DNA of 64,000 nt, taken from Eledone cirrhosa. Lineage: Eukaryota. Position numbers and translations under genes: made by a program. Each line of letters begins with the position of its first letter. Positions within the stretch are counted from its first letter, which is position 1. Of this stretch, positions 26,796 through 41,700 are shown piece after piece. The stretch covers positions 266,414,001-266,478,000 of the forward strand of contig OZ024743.1 of the NCBI GenBank assembly GCA_964016885.1, in the 5' to 3' direction. The notes beneath the pieces were generated by a model. It saw only the letters and a program-made list of their open reading frames with translations. It searched no databases and was not told the DNA's origin.

Positions 26796-28763
26796 ATATA
26801 TAAAAGTAAGTATGCGTACGTACACACACACACACACACACACACACATATCTACGTATGGGTTATATCGAATTTCAATAATAATGTTCGACATAACTAA
26901 CCTCCATAAATGAATGTGAATCGTTATAGACTTTTCTAAGTCCTACACGTTCATTCTGTCATTACCACAGCAGAGGTCCGATGAGCTTGATTCCCAAGTC
27001 GGGCTAGATCGATACACATCGAACCTTGAGCTGATCAATAGCTAAATGCGCACCACTACTCAATAAACGTAATGAAGACATACCAAATCGTCCTTTTGTT
27101 ATTATAATTACATTTTGCTTAGTTCTACCCCACTTTACCGACTGGAAACTATGCATCGAGTGCTCACTTGGGTGAACCTACAGTAACTACACGTTACATT
27201 CCCTATATATATATACACACACAAACTCAGATATATGTGTATGTACTAGCAGTGCGTCTAGATAAATATCATATAGGAATATATGGCGGTAACATTTTGT
27301 TTAGGATATGAGAAGGGTAAGGGTAAAAATGTGATAGTGATGGGAAATAAATGTAATGTGATGAAATTGGTGTTACAAATGGAAATGAAGAAACAATTGT
27401 AGTAATTTATAGGGTGCTGGTGGTTTCTGTATGCTTCTTGCGTGAGTGATTGCGTATGTGGGTGAGAGTGGTGAATACGGTTAACGATGAGGGACATGAT
27501 AAATGATACAATATAATATTAACAAGATTAACAATGGTAATGAATGTAACAGTCGTAATGAGGACGATGATAATTGTGGTAGTTAATGGAATGTTGTGTC
27601 CATGTCTATCGTTGTTTGTGTTCAGGTGGTTACATTTTGGTCTGTCCCAGGTTACTGCCCGAATACCATAGCGGATAATGTATGCTTTTCTCTGTGTCTG
27701 CAGTTTATGAAGATACACGTGTTGTTGGATTAAATCAATCAAGTAACTATGGTGTAATCAACCGTAAACTTTCCACGTCATGTGTATCAATATACTATTT
27801 CGTATATGACTACATGAACATCATAACTTCGACAGCGGAATTATCAAGTGCCCATAACTGAAACAAAACCTCCCATACATTTCAACACCTTCCCGACGAT
27901 AACGTATTAAATAACTATTACATAAGGACATTACAATGCCAATGAAATGTACATAATATGTATGTTGTAAGACGAGAAATAAAGTGGAATATGTAAATCC
28001 GTCTCACTTATTTTTATTTCATATATATATGACGGACAAACAGTTAGATAGATAGATATGTATGCATGTATATATTTAGATAGGTGTTATGTATGCAAGT
28101 AAGTATGTATATATGCATACATGTTTGTATGTAAATATTATGAGCCTGTGAACGAAACATGTAAATGTGCTTATTTTTCAAACATTTAAGTAATAGAGGA
28201 TCATAACTAATTACCTTCCTTTCTCCACACTTTGACTTTTCATATTCTATTTTACTCATTCTTTCATATGAATCGGAATGTTTCAAACATGGTGTCTCCA
28301 CAGTAGAACTAACTACTACGACATTTTCTAATATAATAAAAAAAAAACTAAAAGCTTCTAGTATGCAGCGGGACACCCATTGCTAGTATGACGTTTGTAT
28401 GATACTTTAATAAACTCACACACAAATATTTAAACATATAGTGTGATTCAATATCTGTAAAAGTGTAATAATATATATTGATTTCCATACAACATAGACA
28501 TTGCGTTGCAGCAAAGCGAGTGTTCACTAGAATTTTTCACAATGTGGTGCACTTTATCGAACATCCAAGCCATATTGTATAGAAATGAATAAATAAACAT
28601 AAGATCAATATCGAATTCGTCCGTCCTCTTATCGACAGCCTGTATTGCATTAGAAGTGTTACATAGTGACCGTATTACTTAATGTGCAGTCTTATGAAGA
28701 CGCTGTAGTGGTTACATGATGGTAGGATTACGTGATTATTAACACCACAGTAATATAAATGAA

Positions 28764-28810
<47 letters not shown>

Positions 28811-28877
28811 CGTGTGTGTATATATAACAATAATTTGTTATCCCGTATATATATATAATTCTGTTGAATATAAAATT

Positions 28878-28921
<44 letters not shown>

Positions 28922-29339
28922 TATAGTTAGTAATTTTATATTCAACAGAACTTTCAACCGTAACAGCTACATTCCCCCACAACAGCTACATTCCCCCACA
29001 AAATGTCGCCAAACAAAATAGTTTCAAAATACAAAACAGACAGGTTACGGCATTCAGAATGTAACCAACTCTACTTCCCAAAGTGATAGCTATCATTCTC
29101 TGGATAAAGGATTTGTTTGCCAATGTCCTGTGGAACCGACTCTACTGCTTAAGTATGTATCGTTCTTACTCATAATTTGAAGCAACCCTCCAATCAACAA
29201 GTGAATTCTTTCTGTACACAATCTGAAAATATATCGACAGTCGATCGATAAATCATAAATACAGTTCAGACCGAGGAAACAATGTTTCCCTTAGTCTTTC
29301 TAATTGCTAATACTATCTGCTTATTGCAAATCCAGGCAG

Positions 29340-29458
29340 AAGGAGTAACGTGAAATAAAGTGTCTTGCTCAAGGATATAACACATCGCCGGTCCGGGAAT
29401 CGAACTCACAACCCCACGATTGCGAATCTAATTCTCTAATCTCTCAACCACGCGCCTT
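29340..29458 (-). mobile_element. tRNA head plus CORE-like SINE fragment
   Basis: AAGTGTCTTGCTCAAGGA...GGGAATCGAACTC (reverse B box). Confidence 0.65.
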
Positions 29459-30399
29459 CACAAAGGTGTATCACGGCTTTCTAAGCGCACATATAGGAAT
29501 TTTAACCAGTCATCTGGTCTGCAATATCGAGTGGAATTGCTGAGAGATGGCTCCACAATACACAGGTGACGCATGTAATATTTGCACAGAATAAACCATC
29601 TTAAACATGTCCGAAAATATCCGTGCGTGCTGACACAATAAATGTAAGACTTAACTACAAAGTGATACTGGATATGAAGCCATGATACGACGATCATGTT
29701 AGACTTCTATCTAATTACTAAAGACCACGCAGCATCCTAACATGATTGATTGGATATAAAAATCCGCCTGTCTTGGGAGCAACTTAATCATGTATTCCGG
29801 CAGAAATGTTTACGTCAAGTAATACTTTTAACTCGCTACTCTTCGCTTGCAGTACTGTAATAAACTCAGACCCCACAAATTGATGCTGATCTAATATTTT
29901 ATCTAATAAACACACCTGCAACTTTACCACGCTATCAACAATATATATATAAGGATATGATCTCTACTACCTAAATAAAATGTCTGCTATAGAAATAATT
30001 GATACGGTTCTAAGTAACTGATATAGCAATGCTATCTTGAATCGTAACCATTAATTACATGAAGCAATCTCGAAGGACTAAATAAAATATAGATCTATCT
30101 TATTTCACCTCATTCTCTCTCAGTTGAGTTCACTTCATTTCATCAGTTATTTCCTTATGTCAAATATCCAGCAACCATTGCAGTTCATTTACTTTTTTTT
30201 ATTTACCCGTTTCTACTGAATTATATTACAAAGCCTTCTACTTTTAATTCTACTTTACGATATTTTGCTGATCGTCATGGTTCTATTACAAATAAAATTA
30301 ATTTGACTCAACAGTTAGCCTACAAAATACTTTTTCTATTGGCATTGATGGACAAGTTTTAGTTTCGTAGATCTAAAATAGAACAGCTAACATGGTGAT

Positions 30400-31875
30400 A
30401 ATATTTGTTAAAATCAGTAGATGGGGTAGCCAAGGCAAGGCCATCTGCATATGCAAATTTCGCCGAAGTTATCCTGGGCATATCACTCACGTAGATGTTA
30501 AAGAGCATTGGTGCTAGGACGGAACTTTGAGGAAGGCCATCATTCAGAGTTCTGGCTGAACTTATTTGACCTCCTCGTGACATTTTGTTACTAACATTGG
30601 ATGGATGCAAGAATTCTCACAGTTGCCTCGTACTTGATATTATGACAGGTCCTTAGAATGAAGCCGCGTCTACACACAGAGTCGAGCAACTCCTTTGTGG
30701 TCTGAAGTTTGCTTGCTTCTGAAGCATATGTGGTGCTAGGAAAGCCTAATCAAGAGACGTTCAAATAGTGTGTGAGAAGTACAGAGGAGAGAGATTGGGT
30801 AGTAACTTGCAAGATGGTCTGCAGATTTCCGGGATTTCAAGATGGCGATGCCCTTGGTCTTTCTCCAGATCTTCGGGATAATTCCATTTGAGTCGATGAC
30901 TGTAAAGAAAGAAACCAGCCAGTCTCGGAAATTTGAACCCAGGTTCTTAAGCGATTCAGGATAGATGCCGTCAATTCCTGCTGCCTTGACTACTTTCGTT
31001 GCCAGTATCCATATCTCACATATGGGATTTGGCCTAGCAAGTAGGGTAATCATCACTGAAGATGAGTAGATCGCTGAGAGATTCTCACGGACTTCTTGGC
31101 GTGCCTCCTTTGTTGAAGGTAATTTTGAGAAGTAGGTATGATGCAATTGTGTTAGCATCTACCTTTGATGGCTGGTGCTGAGCAGGAGATACTGCAAGAA
31201 GTCGCCTAATGAATTCCATGCATTCCTAATAGAATGAGTGAAATCCAACTCTTCCATCGTTTCCTGCCAACTTGTCCGTCTAGCTGAGTCGAGAGAGTAT
31301 AAGGTTTCAATGGCAATGTCTGGATCACCTGTGGCGTCAGAGCTCTTGGAAAACTCTTCAGATTCTGGGAGCCACCATGGGATGTAAAACTGATGGAAAC
31401 CACGCGGGGAGTGTTTCTTGGCAGTGGCCCTCAACATCTTACAAAAATAAGTATAATTCTTGGGTACAAGTTCCAAGTGGATGATATTTTCCTCTACGTC
31501 TGAGCTGACGGATGCCTAATCAGTCTTCCTGAAGTCACAACTTGGTAGTGGCTTGTATTGTAACACAGGATCATTTATGCCGATGTGTATCACAGCTGGT
31601 TTATTTGGGCTGTGGGAGAAGTGAAGGATTATCTTGTGAGAAGCTTGAACAGGAGATCTATTGATTGATTTGGAGAGTTGGCAGGTTTGGGGTGGTTTGT
31701 TGCAGCAATGAGCATGTACCCATAGACGTGAAGATTAGAGCAGCTCTCGGCATCACCAATATGGGTTTCCTGTACTAATATCAGATCAATGTCAAGATCT
31801 TTCGCTCTTTTAGCCAGGTAGTCGCATGTCACTCTCGACTTACCTTCTTCATTGATCTGTAGGATATTTAAACTT
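30400..31875 (-). pseudogene. Decayed non-LTR retrotransposon (APE endonuclease plus RT); clade uncertain, possibly Ingi/Vingi-like
   Basis: LILVQETH; KAAGIDGIYPE; YYPISLLC; GLPQSSVLAPMLFNIY; FAYADGLAL, spread over frameshifted ORFs. Confidence 0.85.
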
Positions 31876-32369
31876 TTGACAGTGCGCCGGAAAGTTTAAC
31901 ACTTGAGTACTGATAAAAGTCATGATCAAAAGGATTTTGACAACAAAGCAAGTTGATTGTACACTATATGAATATATCGAGCAACGGCATTAGTTGGGAT
32001 GAATTCCGCACAAGGTGGATGAGATGAAGGTTGCCATTTCCCAACCCTAGTGTAAATAACATAGTGAATAACCTAAATTGATTTTAAAAGTTATGTTTAG
32101 TCAGGTATTAAGAATGATGCAAGTTAATGAGCTGCCCGAGGAAATATAGAAAATAATCCTTTAAACAAAATATTGTGGTATGTCTAAGGCTGTACTGACG
32201 GAAATAATGTATGAAATTTAAATAAATTTAGTAGAACTGTTTTAAAATGTTGCTGACTTAGTAGTAAATATAAAGTATGTATCAGTATGCGAAGAATAAC
32301 TACTGGAAAAATCATTTTAAAAAATGAAACATGTACACACAAACAGAGACACATAAACATACCCAAATA

Positions 32370-32415
<46 letters not shown>

Positions 32416-32417
<2 letters not shown>

Positions 32418-33738
32418 TAAAACTCAGTACCCAGGGCCTTAGACACACTAAAGTAAATCAACCGAAACTAAAAGCTCTTCCATACATCTCCACACACAAC
32501 CCCCTCAACAATGAGGCCTTTGACACCATCCTCCAGAACATCCATGTGTTGAAAAAGGACCATAGAATGAACCAAATCCTACGAACACACGATATCATAA
32601 AGAGCAAAAGACAATCTAAGTCAATGAAAAACATCCTAACACATGCCAAAGTACTGCCAACCACAACAACGAAATCCACAGTAAAAAAATGCGATAGACC
32701 CAACTGTGGCATATGCATCAATCTAATAGAGGGTTCGGAATTCTATTTCAAAGAAGGACAAAGTTTTATAGTAAAACACAATTTCACATGCACATCAGAA
32801 AATCTAATATATGTATTAACTTGCTCTGGTTGAGAACAATACATAGGCCAGACCAAAATTAGCCTCCGCCAACGCATGACTGTCCATAGATCCCAAATTA
32901 AAATACGGGAATACAGGAAAATACCACTGAGTGAACACATTGATACCTGCGCCGCCCAAAATCATCCCAACTTCAGAATCTTTCCCCTCTACAAATTTAA
33001 AGATAATGCCACCCATACCCAGCGCATCAGCAAGGAATCTTACTTTATTAACAAATACGGACCCCGTCTAAACACTTCTCCCTAAGACGAACCCACAACA
33101 TACACACGCAAACATACATACCTACATCAGCATACATCTCTATCCACATATAAACACCATGACATACGTAAACACACATGTTCTATGGTGCAACACAAAT
33201 ATACACATATTTGCATACTTTTGATGTCTATAGATATAAACGTGCCGACACACACACATACATAAACGCACACACGCATTGCACACTGATGAGCACATAA
33301 ATATTTGTACACAAGTATTCCAATACGGCAAGGCCTAATGGATTCCCCTTGCAGTACGTACAATCTGGACACTCACACACACCTTGGTATTATGCCGATA
33401 CTATATATCATTTCACACATTTTATTATTAAGGTTTTTGATGTTCTATTGAGAGAATCGTTTTTACTGAAAATATCGAAGAATGTACACCATTTTACCAG
33501 TATCACAAAAATAAATACTGTGTCCACCCACACACACACACACACACATATATATATACACACACACATACACACGCGTACATTAACATACAAAGAGACA
33601 TATACACACACACATACACACACACACACACTCCTCCGTATAATATAAGAGCTGAAAAATAACTTTTAACATGTTAAAATATCCCCACACACTTACAGAC
33701 ACATTCCTACTGACCATCCCTCTACCCGAATTACTCTG

Positions 33739-33807
<69 letters not shown>

Positions 33808-34350
33808 TCTTAATAGGCATTTGAACTATCAACAGGCTGCTTGTCGCACACACATCCCTGCTGACCATTATCCCAACAACGAACTACTACTACTACACAC
33901 ACACACACATATTTGTTTTGAAAGACTTATTTTTCAGTGACTTCTCAATCAGCCGTCACAAATCTACATTTGGCGCAAAATCAATTTTTAACATATGACC
34001 TCTACCGACCAATCAAAATTGTTTTGACCACAAGAATTTTTGCAACACGAATTGGCGCAAAACTTATTTTAATACATCTGGAGCCACTTTTTTCACATAA
34101 AAACAGGTAGAATTTCCAAAACTAATCAGATTAGAGCAAACATCACAGACGCTCTATCTCAAAATTATTTTTGAAAAGCATTAGAAATGCGCAACCGGTA
34201 AAACTTAAAACCAAAACTGGATACTAACCAATACTATTACTAATTCTCACTTATTCCTAATTAAACTATTTTTCACTGTGAGCAATTTGTCAGCATTTTC
34301 TTTTCCGTTTACCAATATATCATAACTTGTGGGTTACACCTCTATTCTTT

Positions 34351-34352
<2 letters not shown>
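32416..34352 (+). mobile_element. 5'-truncated Penelope-like element inserted in (TA)n
   Basis: GIY-YIG region plus long CA-rich 3'UTR; (TA)n at 32372-32415 and 34354-34411. Confidence 0.9.
32417..33085 (+). pseudogene. PLE linker/Zn finger plus GIY-YIG endonuclease, one in-frame TGA at 32831
   Basis: LPYISTHNP; CDRPNCGIC; NLIYVLTCSG*EQYIGQT...LRQRMTVHR...EH...R..KESYFI..Y.PRLN. Confidence 0.9.
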
Positions 34353-34411
<59 letters not shown>

Positions 34412-34413
<2 letters not shown>

Positions 34414-34608
34414 CGAAGGAAGTGTGGTAAGAAACCAGATGGACCATAACGCACCAGAGTATTCAATACTTAGGGTAGTAGAATGGGTAATAGGAAAATC
34501 TTTAACGCCGACAGCAGAGCTCAAACCATTTCGACGGCTATTTCTGGACGCCAGGAATAGCCGTTGAAACGGCTTGAGCTCTGTCGTCGGTGTTAAACAT
34601 TTTCCCAT
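34412..34608. repeat. Family H fold-back copy
   Basis: Hairpin centred at ~34548 (CTGG-ACG-CCAG). Confidence 0.8.
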
Positions 34609-34648
34609 ATATATATATAGCTCTGAGTTTGGCAGGTGAACAGTGAGC

Positions 34649-34690
34649 TGTACTGATGAAGGATGATACCCAGAAACATTAGTGTCTGCA
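34649..34690 (+). ncRNA. Minimal hammerhead motif
   Basis: TGTA-CTGATGA-AGGATGATACCCA-GAAA-CATTAGTG-TC-TGCA; stem II weak. Confidence 0.55.
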
Positions 34691-34794
34691 ATTCTGTTCG
34701 CTTGCCAACACAAGAGCAAGAATGAAGTGTTCATTCTACTAACATGTCTAAAAAATTGAGGCTTGTTTGCATAATTGCAAACGAATCGAATGTT

Positions 34795-34960
34795 TGGATT
34801 GGCAGTATCGGTAGAGGGTCGGACGCCATGCTTTCCAGAATAGTTACGTCCCTCTACGCCGAGGTTGACTTTGCCTTTCAACCTTACGGGGTCGATAAAA
34901 TAAAGTACCAGTAATGCACTGGGTATTTGCTGGTCTCGTGCCTAAAGTAGAAACAATTAT
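34795..34960 (+). mobile_element. SINE family A, internally deleted
   Basis: Family match lacking the B-box segment. Confidence 0.8.
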
Positions 34961-35018
34961 TAATATACGAAATAATCAGATCACATTTATTGTATTCAGC
35001 CATGTAGAGCGAAATGTT

Positions 35019-35119
<101 letters not shown>

Positions 35120-35507
35120 TATATACTATTTGGGTATGTTTATGTGACTCTGTTTGTGTGTACATGTTACATATATATATATATATATATATATGTATAT
35201 GTGTGTGTGTGTGTATATGTGTGTGTGCGTGTCTGTGTATGTTACTCTAGTTTAAGAGTTAGAGTTAGAGTAATGCTTATATAGACGTATAAATGTGTGT
35301 ATACATTTATATATATATGTGTGTGTGTGAGTGTGTGTGTGTATGTGTATGTGTGTCTATGTATATGTGTCCGTGTGTTTGTCTGTGTATGTGTGTGTAT
35401 TCATGACTATAAGTTGAATATATTTATATATATGCAATGGTGGTCGTGGGGGTTATTAAGTTTCTCTTTCTCCATCTCTCTCAGCGTGGGATTATTTCCC
35501 CAATGTC

Positions 35508-35697
35508 GGGCGGTGGATTGGCAGTATCGGTAGAGGGTCGGACGCCATGCTTTCCAGCATAGTTACGTCCCTTTACGATCTGAGTTCAAATCCCGCCGAG
35601 GTTGACTTTGCCTTTCATCCTTACGGGGTCGATAAAATAAAGTACCTGTAATGCACTGGGTAATTGCTGGCCTTGTGCCTAAAGTAGAAACAATTAT
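35508..35697 (+). mobile_element. SINE family A with TSD
   Basis: ATTATTTCCCCAATGTCGG on both sides. Confidence 0.92.
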
Positions 35698-35854
35698 TTC
35701 CCCAATGTCGGAAATAATGAGCAGGCTGAATATATTGAAAAAATATTAGTGGTCTCGCTGATCTGTTGTCTGGGTACAAATTAATATTGGTTCATAATAT
35801 ATGCTACAGATCAATATGTTTGTATTTGTGTAGCTGTATACACACGCATATATG

Positions 35855-35925
<71 letters not shown>

Positions 35926-35936
35926 GTGTATATATA

Positions 35937-36012
<76 letters not shown>

Positions 36013-36018
36013 TAGATA

Positions 36019-36082
<64 letters not shown>

Positions 36083-36748
36083 TGTTAATGAATGTTTTAT
36101 GTAACAAATAACATCAACTTGTACAAGAAATTCAATACACAAATAGCTTATATACATAAATGTGAGTGCATGTGTGTTCATGTTTGTGTTTCTATATACA
36201 TAATTATATAAGTGACATATCTACGTTATATTAAAAACATTATACTATCCAATATGTTTTCTTTCTTTTTTTATATTCTTTCTTTCTTCTTTCCTTTCAT
36301 TTTTCGTTTCTTTAATTTTTTATCCTTTTCTTTTTTAGTTTCCCTCTTTTTCTCCTTTCTCTTTCACCGACTCGAAACAACTACTGACTATTGATCCGGC
36401 TCAGTACTTATAATTTCCAATTGATATATTTCAACACGTAAGTAACAAAACAACAGCAACAACTACAGCTGTAACAGTCGCAACAAACTGTTGAATGTTT
36501 TTCAAGCTTCATACATTTGTATATCAACACAACCTTTGTGTTTCAACAAGCAATAGTGTCTCTTCGCTTGCCCGTTAACATTTTACTACTGAAAACAATA
36601 CACACACACGCACACACACGCACACACAGGCACACACACACACATAAACTCATTCACATACGTACATATTCATGCATATAAATATATATCAAATAATTCT
36701 GCCAGCTAAATTATACATTAATCTTACGTATTATTAATACTCCATTGA

Positions 36749-36930
36749 GGGCAGTGCATTGGCAGTGTAGGCCTTGCAGCATAGAGTTGCGGCCCTTTAT
36801 GGTCTGAGTACACTTCCCGCCGAGATTAACGTTGCTTTTCATCCATACGGGGCCGATATAATAAAGTAACAAATCGACTTTCCCCTCGCCCAAAATTGCT
36901 GCTCTTGTGCCTATATAAGAAACCATTATT
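36749..36930 (+). mobile_element. SINE family A variant with TSD
   Basis: ATTATTAATACTCCATTGA on both sides. Confidence 0.85.
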
Positions 36931-37296
36931 AATACTCCATTGAAAAATGGAAAGTTGAATATTTAAGCTATAGAAAATATAGGTTCAAATCGTTGATGAA
37001 ATGAAATCAAATGTATCTCAAACATTACATTTTCTCACAATCTGTAACATATGCAGCCAATTGGAAGAAGTGTTATAGCATCGAAGAAAATGCTGTGCGG
37101 TATCTATTTCCGGATTATTGCTTTCTGAGATCAAATCCAACCAGATTTATCTTTGCCTTTCATTCTTCCATGCTTGATGAATACATAACATGTGAGAACT
37201 ATTATAATATTTAATGCATCAGACGGGATGCCTTGGGGTATTTTTCTGACTATTTAATCTCAGACTTCCAATCCTGCCATTATTTAACCCCTTAGA

Positions 37297-37517
37297 GGGC
37301 GGTGGATTGACAGTATCGGTAAAGAGTCGAACACCATGCTTTGCAACATAGAATTACGGTCCTTTATGGTCTGAGTTCAAATCCCGTCGAGGTTGAATTT
37401 GCCTTTCATCCTCACAGGGTCGATAAAATAAAGCACCAGTAACGACCTGGGGTAGATTTAATCGACTTTGCCTTCCCCCAGATTACTGGCCTTGTGCCTA
37501 TACTATAAATCATTATT
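37297..37517 (+). mobile_element. SINE family A, long variant
   Basis: Family match. Confidence 0.8.
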
Positions 37518-37819
37518 AACTGGATTAAAACCATCATATGGCGGATTTCAAAGCGCTTTAGTTGGGACTACAGATTGGGCATTGTTTCCCCTATTCTAAC
37601 AAACTCGTAATGGTTGGAAATGTTCAAAGCGACTACACTTTCTCTCGTTTAAGCGATAAAATTTATGGCTCATGCTATTTTTTTTATTTCATTTTATTTT
37701 GTGGGAAGGAGTAGGCCCTACAAATCTTGAAATTAATACATACATACACAAACATACATAATAGGTACATACACACATATACATACATAATACATACATA
37801 CACACACATACACACATGA

Positions 37820-38300
37820 TGGATGCCCCCTCGTTATCGAGTATGGCCATTGCACGATATAACATTATTAATAATTATCAATGCATTATTAATGATTATC
37901 AATGCATGGGCGCGAAAATATTTTTGTTTAAGTGAGTAAAGACTGTGCAATGAGCCAATCCACTCTCTGAGCAACAGTAGCTATAAGCCGAAAAGAAGAA
38001 AAGAACAACATCATCGGTAACTTCTGAGCCGTAGGTTTTATGTGGTAGTTATCCCAGTTTCCTGAGTTGCATTCTCCTAGAAGAACGCCTTGTCAAAGGC
38101 TAGAAGTCCTTCACTCCCAGTAGTTTAACCGACTCTTATGAGTTCTTCCGCCCTTTGTCACGTTTTGATTTTTGTCCTGCAGGGTGTCCAAAATCACCCT
38201 CCTCACCAAGTAAACTTGGTGCGGTTGCCGGTTTAGACGCCAACGACTCGACCATACGACAGATTGTACTGGGATACATGTTACCAGTAGCACTCACGAG
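37820..38300. repeat. Dispersed repeat, second copy at ~56435-56960
   Basis: Shared GTCCTGCAGG.TGTCCAAA.TCACCCTCCTCACCAAG...GTACTGGGATACATGTTA.CAGTAGCAC. Confidence 0.7.
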
Positions 38301-38324
38301 TGACATACACACATACATACATAA

Positions 38325-38785
38325 TGAGAATTCTGCAGATACTCCAGCCTGACTGTAGCTTCAGATTTATGCTTGTGATTATTGGGGCACTGGGATATGT
38401 TAGTAACTCCCTCAGTACAAATCTTGAGAAGCTGGGCTTCACAGAAACAGAAAAAACACGACTAGTTAGAAAATTACAAGTACAATCTATTAATGGAACA
38501 GTAAAAATATGTAAAACATTCCATAACTTCTACATCTAAATAACTGCATCTCCACATGTTCAGATACAAAGCATATGCACATGCAGACATATAACTCAAA
38601 ACATACACATTCACACATACAATAACACACATGAATGCATACAGACATGCATACATATCTACCTAGTTGATGTTGTTTAAATTCCAATGAGAGAGTATTG
38701 TATATATGTTAGAAACCGACTCTCTCTCTATTGGTAAACATTTGTGAACTTGTAAAACAAGAACAACATGCATAGATACATACAA
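38325..38785 (+). mobile_element. 3' fragment of R4/Dong family 1
   Basis: LQILQPD...VIIGALG...VQSINGTVKICKTF; starts and ends in CATA repeats. Confidence 0.85.
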
Positions 38786-38794
38786 ACATAGATA

Positions 38795-41700
38795 GTCAGC
38801 CAACGCCATCAGTCGCATATTTTGGTGTGGGAGACTATTCATTAAATTTAAGATGAATACTATCTCCGACAGTAATGCTACAACTACCAGTCATGTTGCA
38901 TAACTGGATATTCTTCTAACTATATCTACTGAAGGCACCTTTTATTCGAATTCGGAGAGATATCCGACAAAATACATAATTCATTTTACAAAGATTTGCT
39001 ACAAACAGCATGGCTGAACACAACATCAACAACAACAACATTAAGGAAGTACCGAAGAAAAACAACGAGAAAGGTTAAAAAATTTATTCAGTTGTAGCTG
39101 CAGAAGAAACCGAAATTATAAATCGCATTTCTCTTGGAGTTGTGAACATAATGATGATTTATTTTATTGTAATATAATGGCAAAAAACAATCCCTCCATT
39201 GGCTATATGAACAGAATGAAGCTACACTGGGACGAAATACACCCAGAGATAAATCACTTCACAGCAAAACAATTACGCCAACAAGTGAGGTTTGTTGAAC
39301 GTAAAAATAAGATAAATATTATTAATTGTAAGTCCCCCACAACAAACATGGGATCAACAACAGGTGCTACTGGTCGCCATGCTACTTGACTCCCTAGCAG
39401 CCATGTCGAACAGTGATTTGAAACAACTATGCCTGTATGAAACTTGACACCACGTGTACCATCTAAGTCTACCTCAAATGCAGGGGAAAATACTATCGAT
39501 AATAATAATAATAATCGAAGAAATAATGCTTTTCTTTATTAACCACAAGGGTTTACACAAATAGACATTAAGGACAGTACAGGTCAATACAGGGCAATAC
39601 AGATGGGCATTTCTTTGTGTAAAAAAAAACAAAAAACAGAGGATGTAATAAAAAGAACAATTAAAAATTCTCCAATAGGGGGGGGGGTGACTTCCGAGGG
39701 CCATCGTGGAGAAAGCCCATTAAAAAAAAGCCACGGTGATTCTGACCACCAGGGCAAGTGTCCTCTCCCAGTTTTCCACCTTCAATTTACAGGCATATAC
39801 TCAGAGCCATTCTTGCCTCTCTCACCCATCTTTCAACAAAAATCTGGGAAGAGAGCATTTCCCTCTCTACACTAATTTTCCTTTTCAAATGAAATTTGAA
39901 TCGAGGAAATTTGACAACACTTGTACCATCCGAGTCTACCTCGACTATTGTGGAAAATACCATCGATAACGATAATAATGAAAAATATAAACAATTGAAC
40001 ATTTCCCTCAACGAAATCTTCCAGAGAAAAATTAATTCATGTATAAATATCTCTCTTGCTGAACTTATTAAAACAAGAATATTTAATAAAAAAACAAATA
40101 ATGAAATATTACGTGTTATTGACGAAATAGAGGCCGAATATTTACGACGGATAAAAACCCCAATATTTTGGCAAATCAACGCCTGTTTATATGCCTTAGC
40201 AACGACAGTGAAGCATTATCTTGGTGATAGCAGAGATATTAACAAGAACAAAACACCACCAAAAATGCCATCATACATAACTAAAATAGAAAAAAAGATT
40301 GCTGACCTACGAAAACCATTGGATATGTGACAATGCTCCTTACATGCAAACAAACACAAAGAAAACCTCACTCCTCACCAACAAAGAGTGAAAAATAAAA
40401 TAGAGACGGTATTTGGTAACAGTAGAATCAGAACCCTTCAATATAAGCTGATCACCCTCAAACAAGAATTGAGAGCTGTTAGCGAAAAACGCCGATGCCT
40501 AAAGTGGGTAGATGAAAGAAAAGTGATTAATAAAAGATTCAGACGAAATCAAACATCAGTCTATAGAGATATGAAGGACAAAATAATAAGTGTCACTGAG
40601 GCCCCATCCCAGAAAGACATAGATTCCATTTTTTTGAGAAAAATATGGGGTGAAAAGAAAAATGTCAACCAAGATGCAGTGTGGCTAAAAGAAATCCGAA
40701 AGAACTATTGCTCCTACACTAAAACAAAAGCATACGAAATAAGTGAGGGTACACTTGAGACTGTGATAGGAAAACTCCAATATGAGAAAACACCAGGAAG
40801 AGTCATGATTGTCGGCTACTGGTACAACAATCTGATATTCTATCGGAGGTATCATATTGAATTCTACCAACTAGTTCTTAAGAGAGATACACTTATACCA
40901 GAATGGTTGACATTAGCACAAACATTAGTGGTCCCCAAGAACAAAGACACCCACTTGGCAAAAAACTACCGACCCATTGCATGCCAGAACCCGATATATA
41001 AGATGTATACAGCTTGCCTGAACCTATTCCTCCAAGATCAACGTGAAAATAATAACATCATCACAGATGAACAAGCAGCTGGAAAGAAAGGGGTTTGGGG
41101 ATGTGCTGAACAACTCCTAATCAACAAAACTGCGATGTCACAGGTGCGACAACTTAGGAGGAATATGGCTAAAGTCTGGCTGGACTACAGGAAAGTTTTC
41201 GATTCTGTTCTCCACTCTTGGATGATAAAGGCCTTCCAACTTGCTAAAGTCCCAGACATTATCAAAGCTATAGAGAAGCTGTCTTTTTATTGGGCTACTA
41301 TCCTAAGGTTAAAAACAGAGAGGGAGGACTCTATTTTCACTGATAAAATAAAATATCGCAGGCTTATATTTCAGGGAGACAGTATCTCTGTGATATTATT
41401 CATCCTGTCATTAAACCCCTTGTCTTTTCTGCTCAAGAAATGTGAAGGACATAAATATGAACTTAACCCATAATTTCTTTGTGGATGATCTGAAACTCTA
41501 TGCCAAGAACATGGATGGGATGAAGAAAAATCTTGACCTGGTTACAACGTTCTCAAAGGAAATAGGAATGGAGTTTGGCCAAGATAAATGCTCATATATG
41601 ACTGTAAAGCGGGGAAAACAACAACCCAATCTAGCAACATTGTCATCAATGGCCTAACTGTTTCATCGATATCTGATGAGGACTGCCACAGATACCTGGG

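Noticed and set aside
33285-33320. CTGATGAGCAC in the PLE 3'UTR
   Set aside because: No downstream GAAA or stem III
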